Shown here: positions 35,684 to 45,900 of the stretch, in pieces | Layout: the number at the start of each line of letters is the position of its first letter | How positions within the stretch are numbered: the stretch's first letter is position 1 | Source: an uncultured Galactobacillus sp. | GTDB lineage: Bacteria > Bacillota_I > Bacilli_A > Erysipelotrichales > Erysipelotrichaceae | Length of the DNA: 64,000 nt | Assembly: GCA_964535445.1 (NCBI GenBank) | Contig: CAZHUX010000001.1 | Span: 12,406-76,405 of the forward strand | Direction of reading: 5' to 3' | Translations under genes and position numbers: made by a program | Notes under the pieces: model-generated | Told to the model about the DNA's origin: nothing | Seen by the model: only the letters and a program-made list of their open reading frames with translations | Databases searched by the model: none

Positions 35684-36685
35684 TTATCCTCTGTTTATGA
35701 TCTTTTCAATATGCTTGATTTCAATCGATATTGTCCCATCCGGATTATTGATAAATTCAATCACATCCGGATTACCGGAATATTCCGTAGGAAAACTGAT
35801 TTCGATACCACTGTCAGTACGGATACGCTGGTTCTTCATCCTGCGGATAGCAGGACGGGCAGAAATATCCATTTCTTCCGGAAGTTCATGTTCTAGACTG
35901 GCAGATAAGAATGTATCCTGCATCTCTTCTGATTCATTGAATACATTTACTGCCAGATCTTCCTTACTGATCGTATCAGATTCTTCCGAAGCATTCTGAA
36001 CATAGTTTTTATACCTGGAAAGTAATAAAGCAGGATTCTCATCACATTTTTCGGCAATTTCATTCACGATATCATTCGTATCCTGCAGCACTTCCTTTAC
36101 TGACTTTTGTGAAGAACACATGAGTATGCGGTCCTGTAATAAATGAATGTCATCCTTCCAGTTTTCTTCATCTACATACTGCACTTCTTCATTCAGAAGA
36201 TTAACAGTAAAGAAAGTATGAAGCTTCTTGTTAGGAGAGGGAAGAAAACCGGATCCCATCATGACATGGTTTACAATCCTGCCATTTTCACTCTCTGTGA
36301 TATGTGTATAAGCTTTCTCGTTAGGGATAAACAATACAGCAAGATACGGCACATCATCATAACGGTAATCCACCATAAGCAGATCATAAGGCTGATCTGT
36401 AACATCCTTCAGATTATCTGAAATATATTTACCCAAATTCTCAGAACATATTCTGAAATCCGCATCTGTTTTCTTATAAGCTTCCAGCAATTCACGAAAA
36501 GAACTGTCTTTGTCCAATATGCCTTTTCTTAAACCTATGTCTTCTGTAATCTTCTTAATATATTTCTTTACATAAGATCCGTTTACGGCATCTTCCAGAT
36601 TCATTGTCTGTTCACTGTATATTTCATTACCGGATGTATAATCCAGGATCTGAAGAACAGCCTGACTGATTACCAATTCATTCAT
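35684..36685 (-). CDS. Nucleoid-associated protein (NdpA/YejK, NA37-like), tentative
   Basis: The size and the N-terminal VISQAVLQILD pattern resemble the NA37 family. This call is from memory only. Confidence 0.4.
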   Translation of the reverse strand: MNELVISQAVLQILDYTSGNEIYSEQTMNLEDAVNGSYVKKYIKKITEDIGLRKGILDKDSSFRELLEAYKKTDADFRICSENLGKYISDNLKDVTDQPYDLLMVDYRYDDVPYLAVLFIPNEKAYTHITESENGRIVNHVMMGSGFLPSPNKKLHTFFTVNLLNEEVQYVDEENWKDDIHLLQDRILMCSSQKSVKEVLQDTNDIVNEIAEKCDENPALLLSRYKNYVQNASEESDTISKEDLAVNVFNESEEMQDTFLSASLEHELPEEMDISARPAIRRMKNQRIRTDSGIEISFPTEYSGNPDVIEFINNPDGTISIEIKHIEKIINRG

Positions 36686-36734
36686 ATCTCACTCCGTATA
36701 AAAGCCTGCATCCTATTCAGATACAGGCTGTTCT

Positions 36735-37640
36735 TTAATCTAAAGTAGCTTCGATTTCCTTAGCCGTATTTCTTCCTTCAACAACTGCATTGCCTATGGT
36801 CTTAGGACCGGTATAGGCATCTCCTGCAATCCATACATTTTCAAGATTGGACTTATGTCCTTCACCGGTTTCCAGATCATCTGATAATGTATGGAAATTC
36901 ACTTTCTGGCCTATTGCCATGACAATCAGATCAGCCGGCATTGTGAAGTCAGAGCCCTTGATCTCATGACATGAGGCTCTGCCTGAGGCATCCGGCTCAC
37001 CCAGTTCCATTTTAACAACATCAGCACCTGAGACATAACCGTTTTCATCTCTGTTAATCTCTTTGATGTTATTTAAGAAACAGATTTTGACGCCTTCCTT
37101 TTCAGCAGCGTTGATTTCAGACTGATTAGCTGGCATTTCCTTTAAAGAACGTCTGTATACAATGGTGACATCATCTATCAGGCGAATTAATGATCTTGCA
37201 CAATCCATCGCAACGTTGCCGCCACCCCATACAATGGCATGCTTGTACTTTTTAAACTCATCCTGCTTATGAAGCATATTCAGATCATACAGTAAGGTTA
37301 AGCCTGCATATAAACCTTTCCCTGTTTCAAAACCGAATGTATTTTCCACCTGGGCACCGATAGCGACAACGACTCTGTCATACTCCTTACGGATCTTATC
37401 AAATGCTTCATGATCAATCTTGGTATTGAAATGGAATTTCACACCATCTGCCACAAGACCATCATATGCCTTCTGTAAGAAAGCCTTAGGCATTCTGAAC
37501 TCCGGAATGCCGGTATGAATGGCACCACCGATAGCATCTTCCTGATCAAAGATATCTATCTGACATTTCCCTGTTTTCACTAATTCCTGGGCAATCGTAT
37601 ATCCTGCCGGACCTGCACCGATAATTGCGATTTTATACAT
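36735..37640 (-). CDS. FAD/NAD(P)-binding oxidoreductase related to the C-terminal part of GltD (no N-terminal Fe-S domain)
   Basis: It has IAIIGAGPAGYT, GGAIHTGIPEFRMPK and IAGDAYTGPKT motifs, as in glutamate synthase small-subunit-like proteins. Confidence 0.65.
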   Translation of the reverse strand: MYKIAIIGAGPAGYTIAQELVKTGKCQIDIFDQEDAIGGAIHTGIPEFRMPKAFLQKAYDGLVADGVKFHFNTKIDHEAFDKIRKEYDRVVVAIGAQVENTFGFETGKGLYAGLTLLYDLNMLHKQDEFKKYKHAIVWGGGNVAMDCARSLIRLIDDVTIVYRRSLKEMPANQSEINAAEKEGVKICFLNNIKEINRDENGYVSGADVVKMELGEPDASGRASCHEIKGSDFTMPADLIVMAIGQKVNFHTLSDDLETGEGHKSNLENVWIAGDAYTGPKTIGNAVVEGRNTAKEIEATLD

Positions 37641-37721
37641 ATTACCTTATCTCCTTGTCACTTACATTGTACTGAAATACCGAAATATTATGCATGCATC
37701 ATACTTATAACATCATGAATT

Positions 37722-38141
37722 TCAATCATGCTCTTCAATGATGCGTATCTTCTTTTTCTTAAGGAATGCCATGGCTTCCTCAGCATGATCAGCCCTCAAA
37801 TCAAAAGCACCAATCCACTTCTTCTGTGTATTTGTAAAATATACCGTTGTTTTTGAAATATGTGCTTCTTCTATCTCTTTCCACTTATAGAATTCTTTTT
37901 TAGCATAAGCAGATGTAACTGTTTCAATACCCTTATCATCCATAATTACGACAGTACGGAAGAAACCAATCAGAATACTGATCAACACAGCAGTCATAAC
38001 AGCTGTCAGTGTACCAATCAGGCTTTCTGCTTTACCTGGATGAAATGTTACAAGCCATATACAAAAGCCAATACATACAGCCAGAAATAATCCGGAAAGA
38101 ATCACCGGTTTCTTACGGGAACGTACAATTACCTTATTCAT
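37722..38141 (-). CDS. Hypothetical membrane protein (2 TM helices plus a small cytoplasmic domain)
   Basis: It has two hydrophobic helices. I recognise no family. Confidence 0.45.
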   Translation of the reverse strand: MNKVIVRSRKKPVILSGLFLAVCIGFCIWLVTFHPGKAESLIGTLTAVMTAVLISILIGFFRTVVIMDDKGIETVTSAYAKKEFYKWKEIEEAHISKTTVYFTNTQKKWIGAFDLRADHAEEAMAFLKKKKIRIIEEHD

Positions 38142-38168
38142 GCTATAAAGAATAACACAAATATTCCC

Positions 38169-39371
38169 TTATAAACCAATCTGTACATACGGATCCATAC
38201 TTTGTACAACATTCTGGATACAGGATTGATAATAAGAATCCTTATCCGGAAATATATCTGTATTCAGATCCTTATACCAGGTAACATGCGGTCCATACAG
38301 GCCCTGCATATCATCAAACCAGATATAGAAGAGATCTGCCTTAGGCTCGCTGACATCAATGACAGATGTTCCATCTTTTTCTGTTTTCGTGACAGTTAAA
38401 GAAGCATCCATACCGGTATAGATGCCTTCTCTGGTAGTTCCCGGGAGAACTTCCTGGGCCGCAATGAGATTACCCATGGCATAGAAACAGATTGTATGAT
38501 TATTGATTCTTTCAATCGGCTGTATGTTATGGGCATGATTACCAATGATGATATCAGCTCCGGCATCTGATAATTCCTGAGCCAGCTGCTTCTGTTCCTC
38601 ATCAGGTTGGCTATGATATTCTTCTCCCCAATGCATGGAAATAATCACAACATCCGCCTTCTGCTTTGCGTCTCTTACCCAGTCAAGCATTTCTTCTTCA
38701 TGCCCTCTGTAACAGTTAACCAGATAAGGGCGGTCATCCGGATTCACATTGCTGTTCATGCCATAAGTCCAGGCATTAAAGGCGTAGGTAATGCCATTCT
38801 TCTCATAGACAGGAATCTCCTCTCTCATCTCTTCAGAAGAGTTTTCTCCTGCTGTCACGACATCCTTCTTTGCTTTCCAATACGCTACGGAATTGTCAAC
38901 TCCTTCACTGCCTTTATCAAGGGAATGATTGTTTGCCAAAGAGACGACATTAAAACCTCTTGAAACCATATAATCCCCTAATGACTGCGGTGCATTGAAA
39001 TGCGGAAAAGGAGTGAATCCAAGATTATCACCAGCTAATGGCACTTCCTGGTTGTATAAAGAAAGATCATATTGAGATGCAGGTGCTGTCACTTCATCCA
39101 GCTGACTGCTGTAATCATATGTACCGTTGCCCTGATCAGCAGCCTGCGTATTATGGACCATGAAAAGAAGATCCCCTTCTATAAACATGGAAAAGGAATG
39201 TACGGTATCTTCTTTCTTTTCTGGTTCAGCACTGTTATTAACAGATGGCTTTTCTGCTGTTTCCTTTCTTTCAGAAATACAACTGTATCCAAGTGTTCCT
39301 GAAACAGCTAAAACAATAATAAGAAGGATTACCTTAATGCTTTTTCTGAGATGTCTGCGCTTGTGTTTCAT
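38169..39371 (-). CDS. capA: CapA/PgsA-family metallophosphatase-like protein, membrane anchored
   Basis: It has an N-terminal anchor plus ...VVSLANNHSLDKG... and ...IIGNHAHNIQPIE..., typical of the PGA_cap family. Confidence 0.7.
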   Translation of the reverse strand: MKHKRRHLRKSIKVILLIIVLAVSGTLGYSCISERKETAEKPSVNNSAEPEKKEDTVHSFSMFIEGDLLFMVHNTQAADQGNGTYDYSSQLDEVTAPASQYDLSLYNQEVPLAGDNLGFTPFPHFNAPQSLGDYMVSRGFNVVSLANNHSLDKGSEGVDNSVAYWKAKKDVVTAGENSSEEMREEIPVYEKNGITYAFNAWTYGMNSNVNPDDRPYLVNCYRGHEEEMLDWVRDAKQKADVVIISMHWGEEYHSQPDEEQKQLAQELSDAGADIIIGNHAHNIQPIERINNHTICFYAMGNLIAAQEVLPGTTREGIYTGMDASLTVTKTEKDGTSVIDVSEPKADLFYIWFDDMQGLYGPHVTWYKDLNTDIFPDKDSYYQSCIQNVVQSMDPYVQIGL

Positions 39372-39378
39372 GTCTTAA

Positions 39379-40341
39379 TTATATGTGATATCTTTCTGCT
39401 TCTGATGCTGTTTTAAAAAGATAAGAGATTGCTTCGGCAGGATACTTCCCGACTGCGGTTTCATTTGTCAGCATCAATGCATCCGCACCATCTTTTACAG
39501 CATGAAATATATCTGATACCTCTGCCCTTGTCGGACGGGGATTATCAAGCATGGATGCCAGCATCTCGGTCACAACCATAAAAGGCTTATGCGCCTTTTT
39601 ACAGGCATCTTCTATTTCCTGCTGGGCCAAAGGGAGTTTCCATAAAGGCATGTCATTACCAAGATCTCCTCTGGCGATAACAATCATATCTGCCTCAGGC
39701 ATGATCTCATCAAGATGCCGGATGCCCTCTCTGCTTTCTATTTTGGCAAAGATACGGATATGATCTTCATTCATGTCATGCAGAGTTCTGCGAATTTCCT
39801 TTAACTGCTTTGAAGATGTCACAAAAGGTTCCATAAGGGCATTGACACCATATTTATCTGCATTCTTAAGATTCTCTATATCTTCTTTCGTTAAGGCAGG
39901 TCCCGCAATATCCTTATCTTCCACTTTCACTGATTTATGTGCAGATAAAGTACCGCCTCTTTCAACAAATGCATGTGTATTGTCCTGTATACGCATCTGT
40001 ATCTTTCCATCATCTATTAACAGCACATCACCCGTATGTATCTCCTGCATGACTTTCTCAGATAATTTCAGAGCATCTAAAGATAATGTCTGATTCTCCT
40101 TTAAAATCTGATCTGGTATTTTACCGGTTCTGATTTCACTCCCCTGCATGTCTATTAAAAGATCACATTTTCGGTTTGTCTTATGACAGGCATTTTCCAG
40201 TTCCAAAAGCCATTGTTCACTCTGCATAAGAGAGGAATGAGAAAGATTTAACCGTATGCCGCTCATCCCGTTTTCCAGCATAGCAGCTAATATACTTTCT
40301 TTAGCACAGGCAGGGCCTAATGTCCCGAAGATTTCAACCAT
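39379..40341 (-). CDS. Pyruvate-kinase-like protein consisting of the A/B barrel only (320 aa, no C-terminal regulatory domain)
   Basis: It has FGTLGPAC...GIRLNLSHS, AKIESREG, ARGDLG, VVTEMLASM and PTRAEVSDIFHAVKDGADALMLTNETAVGKYP, so the catalytic motifs are retained. The ORF ends about 150 aa short of a normal PK. Confidence 0.65.
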   Translation of the reverse strand: MVEIFGTLGPACAKESILAAMLENGMSGIRLNLSHSSLMQSEQWLLELENACHKTNRKCDLLIDMQGSEIRTGKIPDQILKENQTLSLDALKLSEKVMQEIHTGDVLLIDDGKIQMRIQDNTHAFVERGGTLSAHKSVKVEDKDIAGPALTKEDIENLKNADKYGVNALMEPFVTSSKQLKEIRRTLHDMNEDHIRIFAKIESREGIRHLDEIMPEADMIVIARGDLGNDMPLWKLPLAQQEIEDACKKAHKPFMVVTEMLASMLDNPRPTRAEVSDIFHAVKDGADALMLTNETAVGKYPAEAISYLFKTASEAERYHI

Positions 40342-40342
40342 A

Positions 40343-41383
40343 TCAGAATCTCACATATTCAGAAGATGGTTTGAATAAGCAGTCCTTATTAATTTCAGAT
40401 AGTTTAGTCACGCCACACATCTTCATCGTATCCGCAAGTTCACTGCCTAATTTATCCGCATAGAACTTTACGCCTTCTTCTTTACCGCCATAGACAGCTG
40501 TCACAAAAGGACGGGCAATCAGCACACCATCAGCGCCTAAGGCAAGTGCTTTGAAGATATCCGTACCAGAGCGGATACCGCCATCAACAAGTATTGTCAT
40601 ATCATCACCGACCGCATCCGCAATCTGTTCCAGCACTTCAGCCGTAGATGGTGTCTGATCCAGTACTCTGCCGCCATGATTGGATACCACAATACCTGCG
40701 GCACCTGCATCTCTAGCCGCAAGTGCACCCTGTACCGTCATGATGCCTTTTACTATAAAAGGCTTTTCTGCCATCTGAATAATCTCTTTTAAATCTTCTG
40801 TTGTCTTGTTTCCGGCAGGAGGCGTCAGATTCTGTAAGAACGGAAGTCCGGCCGCATCCACATCCATGGCAGCCGCAAAACTTCCTGATTTTCTGACTAA
40901 TGCAAACTTTTCCTGCAAGGTATTTTTATCCCATGGTTTGACAACCGGAATGCCGGTCCCATGATTTTCCGAGATGGCATGTACGGCTGCCTTCATGACT
41001 TCCGGATTCGTCCCATCACCGGTAAATGCCGCAATGCCTGCCTCTGCACATCCTTTTACCAGGATGTCGTTATACTGCATATCATTGAGAGAATCTCCAT
41101 AATGCAGATTCACTGCTCCTACCGGTCCGGCAAAGAAAGGATATTTCATCTTCTTTCCAAACAGGTTTACAGATGTATCTGGTGTTTTATTCTCACTGAT
41201 TGTATTGAGATTGATCCGTATCTTCTGCCATGCATCATAATTCCGTATGGCAACATCGCCAGCACCTTTGGCACCAGGTCCGGGCATCTGATTACCACAG
41301 GCACGTCCATTGCATATCCTGCATGCCTTACAATAAGGTCCTATGCATGTTCTGGCATTTGCCAGAAGCTGATCATAATTCAT
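40343..41383 (-). CDS. FMN-dependent alpha-hydroxy-acid-oxidase-family TIM-barrel protein with an N-terminal CX2CX2CX4C motif
   Basis: It has CKACRICNGRAC near the N-terminus, and VVSNHGGRVLD...DGGIRSGTDIFKALALGA, an FMN-dehydrogenase signature. GAGGAGG lies upstream of ATG 41383. Confidence 0.65.
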   Translation of the reverse strand: MNYDQLLANARTCIGPYCKACRICNGRACGNQMPGPGAKGAGDVAIRNYDAWQKIRINLNTISENKTPDTSVNLFGKKMKYPFFAGPVGAVNLHYGDSLNDMQYNDILVKGCAEAGIAAFTGDGTNPEVMKAAVHAISENHGTGIPVVKPWDKNTLQEKFALVRKSGSFAAAMDVDAAGLPFLQNLTPPAGNKTTEDLKEIIQMAEKPFIVKGIMTVQGALAARDAGAAGIVVSNHGGRVLDQTPSTAEVLEQIADAVGDDMTILVDGGIRSGTDIFKALALGADGVLIARPFVTAVYGGKEEGVKFYADKLGSELADTMKMCGVTKLSEINKDCLFKPSSEYVRF

Positions 41384-41449
41384 AAGAAAAGCCTCCTCAT
41401 ATTCACATATAACTATCATAACCTTTGTGAATATGAGAGAGGCATTATT

Positions 41450-42919
41450 TTATTGTAAATTTGTATATCCCATTAAATATTCATCTACTTCTCTGGCACA
41501 CCTTCTGCCTTCATCAATTGCCCATACAACTAGTGACTGGCCACGATGCATGTCACCTGCCGTAAACACCTTATCCTGGTTTGTATGATAGGAACCGGCA
41601 TTACTCTTTACGACATTTCTTTCGGTAAGATCGACATGGAACGCTTCTGCAGTATACTTCTCGCAGCCGGTAAATCCTGCCGCTATAATCAGAAGATCAC
41701 ACGGGATCTCTTTCTCACTGCCCGGTACTTCTTTCATCTTACGGTTTTCAAATGTTACCTTAACTGTCTTAATGGCTTTCAGTTTTCCTTTTTCAGATAT
41801 TAATTCTTTAACCGTAGTTTCATAGATACGCGGATCTGAATGATATAAAGCAATCGCTTCCTGCTGACCATAGTCCGTTTTGAGAACCTTAGGCCACTCT
41901 GGCCATGGATTATCTGCGGTTCTTTCTTTTGGCGGACATGGCATCATTTCAAGCTGAATCACACTCTTACAGCCATGACGGATACATGTTGCAACGCAAT
42001 CATTGCCTGTATCACCACCACCGACAATAACTACATTCTTGTTTTCTGCAGAGATATAGGTTCCCTTTTTCAGGTTCGTATCCAGTAAAGACTTCGTCGT
42101 GCTCTTTAAGAAATCTACCGCATGATAAATACCTTCTGTTTCATTCACACCCGGTACATTCAGATCTCTTGCCTGTTTGGCACCACAGGCAAGAATCACG
42201 GCATCATAGTCATCACATATCTTTTCGGCAGAGATATCTTTACCAACATTGACACCTGTATGGAAGACAACACCTTCATCCTCCATAAGCTTTCTTCTTC
42301 TGTCTACTACAGACTTATCCAGCTTCATGTTCGGTATGCCGTACATCAGCAAGCCGCCGATTCTGTCTTCTCTTTCAAACACTTCTACATTGTGTCCACG
42401 CTGGTTCAGTCTGTCCGCTGCCGCAAGGCCAGAAGGACCGCTTCCGATAACCGCTATCTTTTTGTGACTGCGGTAAGCAGGTATTCTTGGTTTCATATAG
42501 CCATGTTCAAAGGCATATTCAATGATGTAATATTCATTGTCATGTACTGTTACTGGTTCATCATGAATACCGCATAAGCATGCCTTTTCACATAAAGCAG
42601 GACACACTCTGGAAGTAAATTCAGGGAAAGAACTTGTCTTTAGTAATCTTGCCAGAGCATGCGCAGGATTGCCATGATATACTTCATCATTCCATTCCGG
42701 AATCAGATTATGAAGCGGGCATCCGGTAACCATGCCCTTCAGTTTTAAAGCAGACTGGCAATACGGAACCCCGCAGTTCATGCAGCGGGCACCCTGCTTA
42801 CGTCTTTCTTCTTCCTTTAAAGGAATTCTGAATTCTTTGAAATCATGAATTCTCTCTAATGGATCCCTGCATCTTTTTTCCTGTCTGTCATACAGGAGAA
42901 AACCATCTGTTCTTCCCAT
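41450..42919 (-). CDS. gltD: Glutamate synthase (NADPH) small subunit
   Basis: It has N-terminal Cys clusters (CMNCGVPYC...), VIGSGPSGLAAA, GGLLMYGIPNMKL and the C-terminal segment FTAGDMHRGQSLVVWAI. Confidence 0.9.
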   Translation of the reverse strand: MGRTDGFLLYDRQEKRCRDPLERIHDFKEFRIPLKEEERRKQGARCMNCGVPYCQSALKLKGMVTGCPLHNLIPEWNDEVYHGNPAHALARLLKTSSFPEFTSRVCPALCEKACLCGIHDEPVTVHDNEYYIIEYAFEHGYMKPRIPAYRSHKKIAVIGSGPSGLAAADRLNQRGHNVEVFEREDRIGGLLMYGIPNMKLDKSVVDRRRKLMEDEGVVFHTGVNVGKDISAEKICDDYDAVILACGAKQARDLNVPGVNETEGIYHAVDFLKSTTKSLLDTNLKKGTYISAENKNVVIVGGGDTGNDCVATCIRHGCKSVIQLEMMPCPPKERTADNPWPEWPKVLKTDYGQQEAIALYHSDPRIYETTVKELISEKGKLKAIKTVKVTFENRKMKEVPGSEKEIPCDLLIIAAGFTGCEKYTAEAFHVDLTERNVVKSNAGSYHTNQDKVFTAGDMHRGQSLVVWAIDEGRRCAREVDEYLMGYTNLQ

Positions 42920-42921
42920 GA

Positions 42922-45900
42922 TCAGTTCTCCTTCTGCATTGACTGGAAAGCTTCCAGCAATGCCTTGTCATTAGAAACACCCTGTTCCTTCAGATGCCCG
43001 ATTGCGCTCATCATATTGTGATAATCAATCGGAACAATCTTCTTGAATAATGATGCAGATTCATCAAAGTTCTTTAAGATTTCCGCAGCTTTCGGTGATC
43101 CTGTTTCTTTCTCATAATCCAGCAGAATCTCCTTTAATTCCTGCTTGTCATACTTATCTTCTACAACCTTCATATAGATCATTTCTTTATTCAGATGCTT
43201 GTATAACTGATGATCCTCATCTAATACATAAGCTATGCCGCCAGACATACCTGCCGCAAAATTCTTGCCGGTTCTGCCAAGAATGACAGCTTTTCCACCG
43301 GTCATATATTCAAGACCATGATCGCCACATCCTTCTGCGACCGCAATGGCACCAGAATTACGTACGCAGAATCTTTCACCTGCTTCACCTTCAAAATAAG
43401 CCTTGCCAGCCGTAGCACCATATAAGGCAACGTTACCGATAATAATATTGTTGTCACCCTTACAGCCGGAATCCTTTGGCGGAACAACGATAATCTTACC
43501 GCCAGATAATCCCTTGCCAACATGGTCATTTGCGTCTCCTTCCAGATACAAAGTCAATCCCTTTGGAAGGAAAGCCCCGAATGACTGACCACCGCCGCCT
43601 TTACAATGAACGACATAGGTATCATCCTTTAATGTATTTCCATACTTTCTTGTAATCAGAGAACCCAGCATGGTTCCAAGCGTACGGTTCTGGGATGAGA
43701 TCATGATATCCGTGGAATAGGGCTTCTTCTTGGAAATTGCATCTTTGAAAGCAGGTATCAGCACCTTACTGTCCATTGTCTTTTCCAGATGGAAGTCATA
43801 TGTCTCATCTGTAACATGATGTCTGATGGTTTTATGGGCATACGCAGGATTTAAGATTCCTGATAAATCTACCTTGGAGTCAGCCTTCTGTTTCAGACAA
43901 TCGGTTCTGCCAATCATTTCATCTACCGTTCTGAAGCCAAGTGAAGCCATGATCTCTCTCATCTCCTGAGCTACGAATTTCATGAAATTCATGACATATT
44001 CCGGTTTGCCTCTGAATCTTTTTCTGAGCTTTTCATTCTGTGTCGCAATGCCGAAAGGACATGTATCTAAAGAACATACGCGCATCATCATGCATCCCAT
44101 GGATACTAATGGTCCTGTCGCAAAGGCATATTCCTCTGCGCCAAGTAACGCTGCTACAGCAACATCTCTGCCTGTCATTAACTTGCCATCGGTTTCTATA
44201 ATGATTCTTTCTCTTAAGCCATTATCTATGAGTGCCTGCTGGGCCTGGGCAACACCAAGTTCCCATGGCATACCGGCATGATGAATGGAAGAGATCGGTG
44301 CTGCACCAGTACCGCCATCAAAGCCCGAGATTACAACTACCTGTGCACCTGCCTTGGCAACACCACAGGCAATCGTTCCAACCCCGGCTTCAGAAACAAG
44401 CTTGACGGATATCCTGGCATCAGGATTTGCATTCTTCAGATCGAAGATCAGCTGAGCCAGATCTTCAATGGAATAAATATCATGATGAGGCGGTGGTGAT
44501 ATCAAAGATACCCCTGGTGTTGCATATCTTGCTTTGGCAACCCATGGATATACCTTTCTGCCTGGTAAGTATCCGCCTTCGCCAGGCTTGGCACCCTGGG
44601 CCATCTTGATCTGTATTTCTTTAGCAGAATTCAGATATGCGGAAGTAACACCAAATCTGCCGGAAGCTACCTGTTTGATAGCACTGTTCTTCTCGGTTCC
44701 AAACCTCTCCGGGTTCTCACCGCCTTCACCGGTATTTGACTTGCCGCCGAGTCTGTTCATCGCTATAGCCATGGTTTCATGTGCTTCTTCACTGATAGAG
44801 CCATAGGACATGGCACCGGTCTTGAATCTTTTTACAATACTCTCAACCGGTTCTACTTCTTCCAAAGGTATTGGCTTTGAAGCTGGCACAAACTCCATTT
44901 CATCACGCAGACGGTGTGGTGTCTTTTCCTGCAGAAGCCTGGAATATGCTTTCCATTCTTCATAATTGCCATCTCTCACAGCTCTCTGCAATGCCGTAAT
45001 CACATCCGGACTGTAGAGATGATCATAAGCCTGATCCCCGGACCGTAATCTGTGAAACCCGATGGAATCCAAAGCAGTGTCGACTCCTAATCCCAATGGA
45101 TCAAAGGCATGATCGTGCTGGAACAATGTATCTTTTTCTAATTTATCTAGATCTGTACTTCCGGCCTGACAAGAAATCCCGGGGAAGTATTCATGTACCA
45201 TATCTTCATCCAGACCTACTGCTTCAAAAATACGGGATGACTGATAGGACTGAATAGAAGAAATACCCATCTTGGCTGCTGTTTTAACAATGCCATTTAA
45301 CAAGGCATCATTATAGTCACTGATAGCCGTATGATAATCCTTATCCAGAATGCCCTTGTCAATTAATTCCACGACACATTCCTGGGCAAGGTAAGGATAG
45401 ATAGCTCTTGCGCCAAAGCCTAATAAAGCAGCACACTGGTGTACATCTCTTGGTTCACCAGATTCCAGTATCAGAGATACTTTCGTTCTCTTCTTGGTCT
45501 GAACAAGATGTGTTTCTACAGCAGATACTGCCAGAAGAGATGGAATCGGAACATGGTTTTCATCCACACCTCTGTCGGTAAGAATCAGAATATTGGCACC
45601 TTTGTTATAAGCACGATCACAGGCAATACATAAGGCATCCAGTGCTTTCTTTAGAGAAGTATGCTTGTAGTACAGAAGGGAAATATCTTCTGTCTGGAAA
45701 CCTTTCTGATGCAGGGTACGGATCTTCATGATATCTACACCTGTCAATATCGGATTCTTCACTTCCAATACCTTGCAGTTATCCGGTTTCTCTGATAAAA
45801 GATTACCATCAGAACCGATATACACGGTTGTATCAATGACAACTTTCTCACGGATGGAATCTATAGGCGGGTTGGTTACCTGGGCAAACTGCTGGTGAAT

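Noticed and set aside
39379-40341. The 320-aa pyruvate-kinase-like ORF might be a pseudogene fragment.
   Set aside because: The catalytic motifs are intact and the ORF is tightly coupled to both neighbours (gaps of 1 and 7 nt). The next gene starts immediately, so no C-domain remnant exists.
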